Shown here: positions 13,567-24,258 of the stretch, one piece after another
Layout: the number at the start of each line of letters is the position of its first letter
Numbering within the stretch: position 1 is the stretch's first letter
Source of the DNA: Lama guanicoe
Taxonomy: Eukaryota
Length of the DNA stretch: 64,000 nucleotides
Assembly (NCBI GenBank): GCA_013239625.1
Contig: MU053810.1
Span: 5,054,071-5,118,070, forward strand
Reading direction: 5' to 3'
The notes under the pieces: generated by a model
What the model was told of the DNA's origin: nothing
Database searches by the model: none
Seen by the model: the letters and a program-made list of their open reading frames with translations, nothing else
Translations under genes and position numbers: made by a program

Positions 13567-13686
13567 ATTTTATTTTATTTTATTATTTTTTTGAGGGGGC
13601 AGGTAATTAGGTTTATTTATTCATTTATTTATTTACTTAATGGAGGTACTGGGGATAGAACCCAGGAACTCTACCAACTGAGCTAT
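13567..13686 (-). mobile_element. tRNA-derived SINE, internally deleted
   Basis: ggtaattaggttt...aatggaggtactgggga..gaacccagg...ctctacc..tgagcta. Confidence 0.8.
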
Positions 13687-13699
13687 TAACTTCTTGAAT

Positions 13700-13835
13700 G
13701 ATACCTGTCTTCCCCACTAGACTGTAAACTCTATGAAGGTGGAATCATGCTTTTTTTGCTTATTATGTATTCCCAGTCCCTAGCATAAATACCTGCATAT
13801 AGATGCTCAGTGATCATTTCTTGAATGAAGGAATA
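13700..13835 (+). mobile_element. L2 3' end
   Basis: cccactagactgtaaactctatga...cctagcat...gctcagtga..atttcttgaatgaa. Confidence 0.75.
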
Positions 13836-14857
13836 ATAACTAATTACATGTATGAATGACTTAAAATCAACCAATTAAATGGATTAGTAGTCACATGTCA
13901 ATACTGCCAAATTAAAATATCACCGTGTTACTAAGCCGTTCCCATGGGAAAAAATGGTTTGGATCTTCTTCTTAATGTAATGGCGACTTTCTTTAGGTAA
14001 CTTTTCATTTATCTCTATGATTCATATCATGATTTAAAAAGTCTGTCAAGTCTTACACCTTGGGTATCTTTTTTATGTCTAATGCAAAAGAGATTTAAGT
14101 AATGAAAATGTTAACCAACCAACCAAAGACTCTGTTAAATTTGCACCATGCTTCTTTATGTGTCAAACGCATTCTTAGATGGAAATACCTTTCTGGAAGT
14201 ATTGTTCTGACAGGTATAGTATTTTTATTCATTAAGTCCATTAAAGAAACTTAATTTTATGATTAAAATATAATATTTTGTCCATTTTTAAAATAGGCCA
14301 TGCCCACAGTATCCCCCGTGGATCACACTGACAGAGAAGTCCCCTTGGTATTCTGAACACATTTACTATGTTCTTAACCATCAAGCCATCACAGCTAGTT
14401 AGGATGTGCATTTTTAGTCTGAATGAGGCTTCCCAACCATGCCTATTAACCAAGCGGAATAGTGGGAGAACACTTGGTTAATTTAATGTGCTAGTTCACG
14501 ATCTCTTTTTGTTTCAGCATTATAATGAAAAACCTTCTTATACTATTAGTCTGAATTCTTGCCTAATTAAATAAAGTGCACTGAACATAATTAAATCTGT
14601 TTTGAACAGAACCTTGCAAAACAAGAGTCATCCTTGAAAAGATTAGCTTCAACTAGAAGACATAGTGGTGGCTGGGGAGGCGGAATTGGATGTGGATGTG
14701 TACTAATCCAGAACTATAAGGTCAAAATTAACTAAACCTGTTTTTAAAATCAAGGTAATGCATACACATGTTTAAAACCAAATAGCAAAAATCTAAAGAT
14801 TTTCTAGATGTTGAGGTGTTTCTAACTGTTAAAAATATTTTTAAATGCATATATACC

Positions 14858-15848
14858 TTACAAGCAGCTCATACAACTTAATAAGAAAAAAACAAACAAC
14901 CCAATCCAAAAATGGGCAAAGACCTAAAGAAGCAATTCTCCAAGGAAGAAATACAAATGATCAATAGGCACATGAAAAAATGCTCAATATCACTAATTAT
15001 CAGAGAAATGCAAATCAAAACTACAGTGAGGTATCACCTCACACCAGTCAGAATGGCCATCATTCAAAAGTCCACAAATGACAAATGCTGGAGAGGCTGT
15101 GGAGAAAAAGGAACCCTCCTACACTGCTGGTGGGAGTGTACTTTGGTGCAGCCACTATGGAAAACAGTATGGAGATTAAAAGACTAGGAATAGACTTACC
15201 ATATGACCCAAAAATCTTGCTCCTGGGCATATATCCAGAAGGAACCCCAATTCAAAATGACACCTGCACCCAATGTTCATAGCAGCACTATTTACAATAG
15301 CCAAGACATGGAAACAGCCTAAATGTCCATCAACAGATGACTGGATAAAGAAGAGGTGGTATATTTATACAATGGAATACTATTCAGCCATAAAGACCAA
15401 CAACATAATGCCATTTGCAGCAACATGGATGCTCCTAGAGAATGTCATTCTAAGTGAAGTTAGCCAGAAAGAGAAAGAAAAATACCATATGAGACCGCTC
15501 ATATGTGGAATCTAAAAAAAATAAAACAAAACAAAACATAAGTACAAAACAGAAACAGACTCATAGACATAGAATACAAACTTGTGGATGCCAAGGGACA
15601 GACTGGGATTTCAAAATGTAGAATAGGTAAACAAGATTATACCGTATAGTACAGGGAAATATATACAAGATCTTGTGGTAGCTCACAGCGAAAAAAATGT
15701 GACAATGAATATATTGTATTCATTGTTTGCATATACCTGAAAAATTGTGCTCTACACTGGAATTTGACACAACATTGTAAAATGACTATAACTCAATAAA
15801 AAAAAGTTAAAAAAACTAAAAAAAAGACAAGAAACAACAAACAAAAAA
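14858..15848 (+). mobile_element. Relatively young L1 3' end, about 1 kb (ORF2 C-terminal region, 3' UTR, poly(A))
   Basis: ORFs 14912..15187 and 15273..15515 are L1 ORF2 C-terminal peptides ([39 protein letters not shown]), broken by a frameshift near 15175. Confidence 0.95.
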
Positions 15849-16109
15849 ATTATTATTTGGTGATTGTACTCCAGAGTATATTCCATACCAAAAGACATGT
15901 ATAATAATAGTGTCTACAGAAACTATTTGTAATAGCCCCAAGTTGAAAGCAATTCAAATGGTCATCAATGGTAAATGGATAAATAAATCATGGAATATTT
16001 ATACAAAAAAATAAAAAATAAAAATGCTTATATACTTTACATTAAAGTTATCATGACATTTTATATGCATAACCAAAATATTAGCACATCTAACAAAAGT
16101 GACAATAAT

Positions 16110-16725
16110 TTATTTCATTTTATTTTTTTCATTTTTTCCCAGTTTTATCAAGATATAACTGACATACACCACTAAGTCCATTTAAGGCATACAGCATGCT
16201 GGTTTGACTTAGATCCATGTTGTGAAATGATTACTGCAATGAGTTTAGTTAGCATTCATCATCTCATGTAGGAAAAAGAAAAAGGAAAAGAAAAAGAAAA
16301 AGAAGAAAAAACTTTTTTTCCTTGTGATGAGAACTCTTAGGATTTACTCTTTAAATAGTTTTCATATATATCACTCAGTAGTGTTAACTTTAGTTACCAT
16401 GTGGTACATTCTATCCCTGGAACATATTTGTCTGGTCACTGGAATTTTGTGCTTTTTGACCAGCTTCTTCCAGTTCCCTGGCCCGTCACTCCCGGCCTTT
16501 GGTAACCACCAATCTGAATTCTTTTTCTATGAGGCTGATTTTTGTTTTATTTTGTTTTAGATTTCACATATAGGTAAGATCACACAGTATCTGTTCTTCT
16601 CTGTCTGACTTATTTCACTTAACATAATGCCTTCAAGGTACATCCATGTTGTTGAAATGGCAGATTTCTTTTTTTTTATGGCTTAATCAAGTCCATTGTA
16701 TGTGTATACCACAGTTCTTTACTTG
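16110..16725 (-). mobile_element. L1 3' UTR (L1MA-like), minus strand
   Basis: gtgatgagaactcttaggatttactct, ggtaaccacc..tctga, tctgacttatttcactta. Confidence 0.85.
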
Positions 16726-19700
16726 ACAGTAATTTCTTGATATCATAGAAACCTAGTACATATTTAAATTTCCCCAGTTGTCCTCCAAATGGCCTTTGCT
16801 GTAGCTGGTTTGTCCAATCTAAGACCATGCGTTGGATCTTTAATTCTCTTTTCATTTAGAATAGTCTCTTTTTCTGTACTTCTGTTTCTCAAGTTAACAA
16901 TTTTATACACTGTCTGTTTACTATATTACATAATAGATGAGACTTTAATTCTTTCACACTACCTCCCTTCTTTTCCCCATCCCCCAGTGCTACCTTGTTA
17001 TGACCGTATCTTCTTGTACAGGTTACATTTTTTTTTCCCACTACAGAGTCAAGTAGTATACTATAATATATTTCCTTTTAGAGCCCGTTTACTTTCATGG
17101 AATTCCTAATTGTTTTTCCTACCATCTTCCAGTGTCTTATACAGCCATAACCCTTCTTTTTTCTGCTTTTTCTTTTTCTTTTTTTCCCCAGCAAGCTCTT
17201 CTTCCTTAAAAGCAGTATTATGAGAAAAATAATGCTTATTATTTTATTAATAATTTATTATTAATAGAATTATAAGTTTTTTATTGGTTAGTTATGGTTT
17301 AATTACATGTCTCAAAGGATTTTGGAGGATTAAGAAAGCTAAATGGGTTGCTAACATCTGTAAAAACACAGAACTTTCTGAGTTTCTTATAACACTAAAA
17401 AAGTAAAATTATTTAGCAGGCTTATAAATGACAGGCAAGGGAATCCTGATATAGAAAAACTGTCTGTACTGAAAGGGAATGATGCAGAAACCTGGAGTTC
17501 TTTAGTGCATTACATAGAACAGTCATTACATGAATATTTATTTTCCTTCATAGAACATCAACTATGTTTTCAAACTCTTTCACTAGTAATATATGGATTT
17601 ACTGTCTGGATTTTTAGTGGCCCATCTATTGTGTGAAAAGCTCACCTCCAACAAAAGCAATGTCTTCAGTACCTTCGGAAGACTGGCTCGGCCACGCAAA
17701 ACAAGAAGTAGCCTGAGACTAGAGAGAAATTGACTACCCCAACTTTGGAAGCATTTTCAGTACCTACCGTCTACGAGAACCATGCTCTTTATACTTGAAT
17801 GGGCCAAGATCGGCTCCACAAGCCAAGAGACAAAGACTGACTCATCTTTATATGATCAGTATATAGCATGGAGACTGGTATGCTGTAGGTGTTCAAAAAA
17901 ACAGTGCTTGTGGAACAAATCAATTCTGACCTCCTTTCTTTCTCTAGTTCATCATAGTTTGACACATGTGCTCCACTTTTCTCCTTAATGATGTACAATT
18001 CCTCCTTCACTGAGCTATAATTAATGTCTACTGCTTTTAATTTTGCATTAAGAAATCTTCTAAAATTCCCATCTTTTTGAGTGGGCAACCTTGGGGAATT
18101 TTTTCGGAACACACTGTGCCTCCTTAAACACTTCCCATCTGATCACTCCCATCACCGAATCGGAGATGTTCGCCAGTTACTGTCTTAGTCACCTCATCAC
18201 ACCCAGCTCACTTCCTCCCAGAGAGCCAGTAAAATCTGCAGCCTGGGGGCCGCAGGCAAAATTCCTGTGGGGAATCTCCAGAGTGTGTTCCTTCTTTTCT
18301 GTGGCCTGATGGACCCTCATCCCATCGAGTTTCCTTAAGAAAAAGAGAAGGAAGAAAGAGAAGAAAAGAAAGGAGGAAAGAGCGATGCAAATCTAAATGA
18401 TTTTCTTAAATAGGTTATTCCTCCTTTCAGTCTTTAAACATGCAAAACAGTGGCACACCACAGTCTAATCTTTGGTGATGTATTTTTGTGGCTGTGGTCA
18501 CTCTGAGCAGAGAGATGGCAGGGGTGATGATGAGCTGATCATGGATGCTGAGCATGAGTGGGAGTGAGGATGTAAACCCTACAGAGAAAGGCATGCGATC
18601 CAGCATTTCACTTTATGTGACAATTCACAGAACCGCCAGAATCATCAGTCGGTGGGCATTTCCATGATTGTTCTCAGCTAGTCAGATGCAATAAAAAGGA
18701 ATGATTTAAACAGTTCAGGCAGCCAAGGAGGAGATTTTGGCAGGTTCCGGTGCTCCACTCTGGCACGTGATTAGAAACTTATTTGGGGTGCGGGGTAGGG
18801 GGTGGGTGGCATGGCTCCTGAAATCTTGCTCTTAACCTGCACATCTGTGTTTTTCTGCTGCCGGATTTGGGCCTGTTTCCATGCATTTGGTTTTAGTCCT
18901 CCCTTTCAGAGATTTTCTCTTGAACATGAATAAAATCGTCTTGCTTTAATGGCTACACACATTTTATGAAGTGCCAGGATTAAATCAACTTTGAAAAAAA
19001 TCAGCCAGAGAGCGCGCTGTGCAGACAGCTTAAACACACCGACCGCGTTTTACACTGTGAGCTGAGGGGGCCATTGCACTGAAGCACTGAGCACTCCTTT
19101 TATTCAACAGTCGTGACCTATTTAGAACCATGACTCAGCCAGCCTTTCTTGTGAGCTTTCTTCTTTTTGCTTTAAAAAAAAAAGGGGGAGGGAGGGAGGA
19201 AGGAAAGAAGAGAAGAGAAAAGAAAAAAGGAAGAAAGGAAGAAAGAAAGAAAGGAAGAAAGAAATCTTGCACTTAGCTTGCACATCTGTGTTTTTCTGTT
19301 GCCGAATTTGGGACACTGGGCACTCCTGTCCCCTGCTCTGCTGTGTCCCCAATTCCACTGTTCTTGCTCCCTCTTCTGTGCTGTTCCCAGACCTACTGGT
19401 CCCAAGTAAAACCTCACCCTCTCTTCTCTAAGGCAATTACAGTCCCAAGGCAACCCTCCTTCTTTGGATTTCCTTAAGCTCAAGGAAAAAGTCTTAAGTG
19501 GAAAGATCCCTAAAGTTCTCAGGGTGCTGAGCAGGAGTATACAAGTTCACGGCCGAGTTAAGAATTTAATGATAAAGGCAACTTCAATGGACATTGGTTG
19601 ATTGAGAAATCGTGTGATTCCTCTATGAGAAGGGAGAAGTTCGATGACCCGTAACAACCCTTCCAATGTAGGTATTTACCCAGTGCATGCTCCATCCAAT

Positions 19701-20714
19701 GCAGGTATTTATGGAAGTTTCAGACTGCCTCCTACCACCACTAAAAAAAGGGCCCCCTAATTGTGGGGTGCCTTTTCCTTTTAAGTTTTTTCCCAGCTGG
19801 TGTACATTCTACATGATGGGAAGACCCCAGAGGGCCTCTGAAATTTGCTTTGAAAGATCTCTTGAATTCTTAATGGATAGATTTTCTTTCTGAAAGGCTG
19901 AAGAAGAGGTGAGCACCGCAGGGCATATGAATGCGTTTATTTGTTTAGGGGAAAGAAAATTCCAGAAGATAAGTGAAGTTTTTTCCGCTTCTCCACTCTC
20001 AGGTGTGTGGCATCCACCGAGTCAGTCTCTCCTTGAATCTCTTGTGACACCAAAGCCCTTCTGCTTCTACAAAGAGAACGTCCCCTACTCTACACCACTC
20101 ATCCGATCCCCACCCAAACCAGTGGGTTGACTGTCCTTCAACGTGACCTGGTGGGCTTCTGTTCATCCTTCTCTGACATGTCCTCCCATTCCCAAAATTA
20201 ATGAATATATCTTTCTGATCTCCATCTAAGAGAAAGAAGAGCCTGCACTCACTCAGCCACCAAATACCTATTCTGACCTGTCATAGATGAGGCACCGTGC
20301 ACACATCACATGGACATGCTTGTAGGGGAAACAGGCGAATAAAAAACAGTCCACAGAGTAAACCCAGGAAATTGTGGAAAGGGCTTCAGTGGAAACAGGA
20401 TGCTGGCAGATGAATGGAGAATGGGGTGGGGGTCGTGTGCAGGGGAGATGTGCTCCTTGCAGACAGAGTCAGGAAGGCCTCCCTGACATGCGAGACTAGG
20501 CTGAAATCTGAAGGATGGGAGGAAAGTGGATTCCAGGTAGAGGCCACGGCCTGCCCAAGGTCTTGGCAGGAAGGAGCTTAGCTGGGGTGGTGACAGCACT
20601 GGGAGGTGGGGGGAACGAATGGTGTGCAGTGAAGTTGGGAGGGAGGCAGGGCTGGGTCTCTCGCGTCTTTCGGGCTGTCCCGAGGAGGCTGGACTGGAGT
20701 CTCAGAGTGTTGGC

Positions 20715-20907
20715 TTGCCAGGTAAAATACAGACATCCAGATGCATTTGAATTTCAGATAAAGAACAACTTTACAGCTTAAGTGTGCTCCAAATATTGCA
20801 TGGGACTTGCTTATACTAAAAAAAATGTATTCATTGTTCCTTTGAAATTCAAATTTAACTTGGCCTCCTGTTTTCCGTTTTGTCTTTTTTACTAAGTCTG
20901 ACAACCT
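20715..20907. mobile_element. MER53-like hAT MITE
   Basis: Palindromic layout tttgaatttcagata...tttgaaattcaaatt, central caaatattgcatgggac, terminal tctgacaacct. Confidence 0.8.
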
Positions 20908-21104
20908 TAAGTGACAAGCCGCTGAAAGGTTTCAGCAGGCAAGTGACGTGATCCAGTTTGTATTTTAAGCAGATCCCTTTGACGGCTTCTTGGAGAGTGG
21001 TTTGGAGGGTGGCAGGAGTTGAGTGAAGGTGCGGAGTTCAGGCAAAGGAGTTAGGCTATCGCAGCACCCAGAAGACGGAGAGTGGTGGTCTCACCCTAGA
21101 AGAC

Positions 21105-21498
21105 CAGTCTTTTTAAACTTTAATGTGCGTGCGAATCATCCAGGGACCTTGTTAAAGTGAAGACTTAATTCAGCAGGTCTGGGGTGGGACCCGAGATACT
21201 GCATTTCTAATAAGCCTCCAGGTGGTGCTGACTTCGCTGATTCCCAGACCAAAAGGTCAGTGAACTGCAGCCCACTGGCCAAATTGGGCCCGCTGCCTGT
21301 TTTTGTAAATAAAGTTTTATTGAAACACAGTCATGTCCATGTGTTTCCATTTCATCTATGGCAGCTGGCTGCTTTCATCCTATGATGGCAGAGTTAAGTA
21401 TCTGTGTATGGGCCACAAAACCTAAAAATATTTCCTGTCTGGCCCTTCCCTGGAAGGTTTATCTGACACCTGCCCTAGACCACACTTTGAGTAGCAAG
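21105..21498. mobile_element. MER5A-like hAT element with a nested MER58-like element (about 21252-21472)
   Basis: MER5A body (cagcaggtctggggtggg...ctgcatttctaa) resumes as accacactttgagtagcaag after a MER58 block (ggcccgctgcctgtttttgtaaataaagttttattg). Confidence 0.8.
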
Positions 21499-23456
21499 CT
21501 CTGGACTTGGATGGTCACCATAGAGATGGAGAGATGGACTTGGATGGTCACCATAGAGACGGAGAGACGCGGGCAGATTCCAGACTGGGGCATTAAGCAC
21601 CCCCTTCTGATGGGAGCCCAGGCGCCCTGAGCTGCAGAATCTTAAGCTGTCGTGACAGTTGAGAACCTGGCTAATCCACACTGATTCATCTTAAGAAATA
21701 CTTACCCAAGAGGCCCAAGGGGTTCTACTTGGCACATGTTTGGATGTATATAGAAACGCACCTGTGCACCCATGGGGAGTGGAAAGGTACCACGTGATAG
21801 CACCTGCCAAGCTGGAAGAATCATTTTGTCGTGCTTGCAAGAAACTGAAGCTGACTCCGGCTGGGACTAACTGCTGGCTGGCTTTCCGTCTCTCCTGACT
21901 TCTACTTTCTCATGGTGGGGGTGGGGGGGATGTGGTCCTTGCAGCAGTTGTAGGAGGGGAGACTGAAGCACATCCTTGTCACCCCTTCTGCTCACCCATC
22001 CCCGTAAGAAACCACCCTTTGCTCAACCTCCCGTCTTTCTCAAGGGAATGGAGTTTCCAGTGCTTGCTTAAGAGGGAACACCACTTTAAAACAGAAGAGA
22101 AGACGATTTTAGAAGGCACGGGAGAAAGATCACACTTTTTCTGTGCAAATTTTTTTCTTGGCATTCCTTTGGGATTCCTTAAGAGGTGCCACTTTGACAG
22201 ATTCCGTGGTAAATGCACAAGGGATGATATTTCTCTTGTGGAATCAACTTACGAGGCAACGTTGTACAACAAAGTACTAAAATGACTCATCATTTAAAGA
22301 CCACTCCAGGGTTGTTAAAAAGTTAGGAATTTCTGGAAATTGCTCTGAACATTTTATCTTTCTAGGATGTTACTTTCTGCACGGATGTAATACATACATT
22401 AACATTGACAAGTTAATTCCAATTTCTGTGGGACGTAGTTTCTTACTAGATAGCAGTTTAACGCTTGGATGCTACTGTGCTATTTTCGGAGGAGAGGACA
22501 GGGAAGTGTGTGGTTTTGTAGTCAGTCCTTGTGGCTCTGCGGGGTTCCCGATGTTATTACACATATTTTTATTACACGTGGCTCCTCTTCGTTGTCCCGG
22601 TGGGGGAATTGCATAACAATAACAACAGCAAATATGAGAGATTAAGCTTGGGTAATAGATTGAGCCGTTTTACTTAGAAAGCTGGAGTTGTTCGTGGATA
22701 ATGAATACGTGATACGTCAGCAGGGTTGAACAAAAACAAATTCCGTGCTGCTTTCATTCACAGCAAAACTTGCATTTCAGGTCACATTTCCACAAAGACC
22801 ATCTGCTTGATGAAACAGCTCTTCCTTCCAAGGCATGGATTTATGTCGGGATCCAAACAGTTTTCCACTTCATTATTCAGCACTGGCAGGCTTGGAACTC
22901 CAAGTTAACCTGGGAGGTGTCGGCCTCATAATTTCATGGGCTCCATTCTTTTTAAAGAGGGGGAAAGAAGGCAGAGTGCTGAAAATGAAAAAAATCTCCA
23001 GCAATCCTTTTTTATTCCTGGCCTAAGTTGTAAACATTTCACCAAACCTGTTTAAATGACTGATTGATGTGCTTAGGTGCCGAGGCACTGATGAGAGGGA
23101 AAAGTAGGCAAATTAGGGATAAAGCTTCCCTTTCAGGAGGTACGTGAAAGGGTGAGTAGAAAAAAGAGAGAGAGGAGAGGAAAGCTAAGGGGTTTTGTAA
23201 TACCAGGTTGTCTGAAACAAGATTGGAAGAAAGCTTGGAGAGGAAAGATTTGGTTCACATCATGTCTTGGAAACATGACAGAAGGAGTGTTTTATAAAAA
23301 CAGAAATCATTAAAAGGATTCACACATCCATTTGCATGAATTAGCAAACCCGGGAGAGTGTCCGAGACGGACTGCAGTGCCGACCTGAAATGAAGGTCAC
23401 TGATTTCCCCGCAGGGTCGATGCCTGAGCCCGGATGGCGCAGTTACATTAACAAAC

Positions 23457-23522
23457 CTTTCCAGCCAGTGTTGAAAGAGCATCGCCTCCAATTATCCGCA
23501 TCTCACCCATGGACTGGTCGTT
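23457..23522 (-). CDS. PRTFDC1: PRTFDC1 exon 4 (NDQSMGEMRIIGGDALSTLAGK)
   Basis: 66 nt, phase 0/0. Acceptor ...ttttttag, donor GTTTGT. The translation matches the PRTFDC1/HPRT exon 4 peptide. Confidence 0.95.
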
Positions 23523-24225
23523 CTAAAAAATAAGAGACAATATTTTACTGTACAAGAAAAAGCATGTTTCCCCGTCTACCCAGCCAGCGGCTGGACTGTG
23601 CCTTACAAATACAGCGCAAATAGCTGGTACAGATTCATGGTTGCCTATGGTTACCAAGAACCACTCCCCTGCCCCTGTGCTTGAGACAAAGCATCCTCAC
23701 GGCTGGCAGGACAGCCTGCGTGGAGAGGGGGTGGGAGGAGTGGAGAGAGGGTGAGCAAAGCTAATATTGGAACAAAAAAACCATGGAAGGTGCCCAAACC
23801 TCTTTTGAGGCAGATGGAACTGGAGAAAACAGCCATGCTCCTGGACTTCCCTGGGGTGGAGGGGTCCACGGGTGCCCCACGGTGGACCGAGCATTGGTCA
23901 GTGGTGCCAACGAGCCCCAGTTCCAGCCCTGCAGTGGGGACCAATTAGACTGGTTTCCAGAGAGGTTAGAGTTCTCCTCAACTCCCTAGCAGTGCTGGTC
24001 CAATCTCTCATCCGGCGTCAAGGGCATTTCTAACCAGGCCACACACACATGGCTCAAGCACTATTACACTTAGCCCTTCAGACTTGGATGGAGTTTCAGT
24101 AGTTCCAGGACCATGAGACCTAGAACCACGATTCGAAGACTTTTCATTCAAATCCTACTAGAGGTCATGTGTGTTCCTTTTGACAATGTTTATGTAAGGG
24201 ACATCATCCTGTCCCAACTAAACCT

Positions 24226-24258
<33 letters not shown>

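Noticed and set aside
14912..15515. ORFs that look like real proteins (also 247-429 and 47083-47340)
   Set aside because: They are fragments of L1 ORF2 in 5'-truncated copies.
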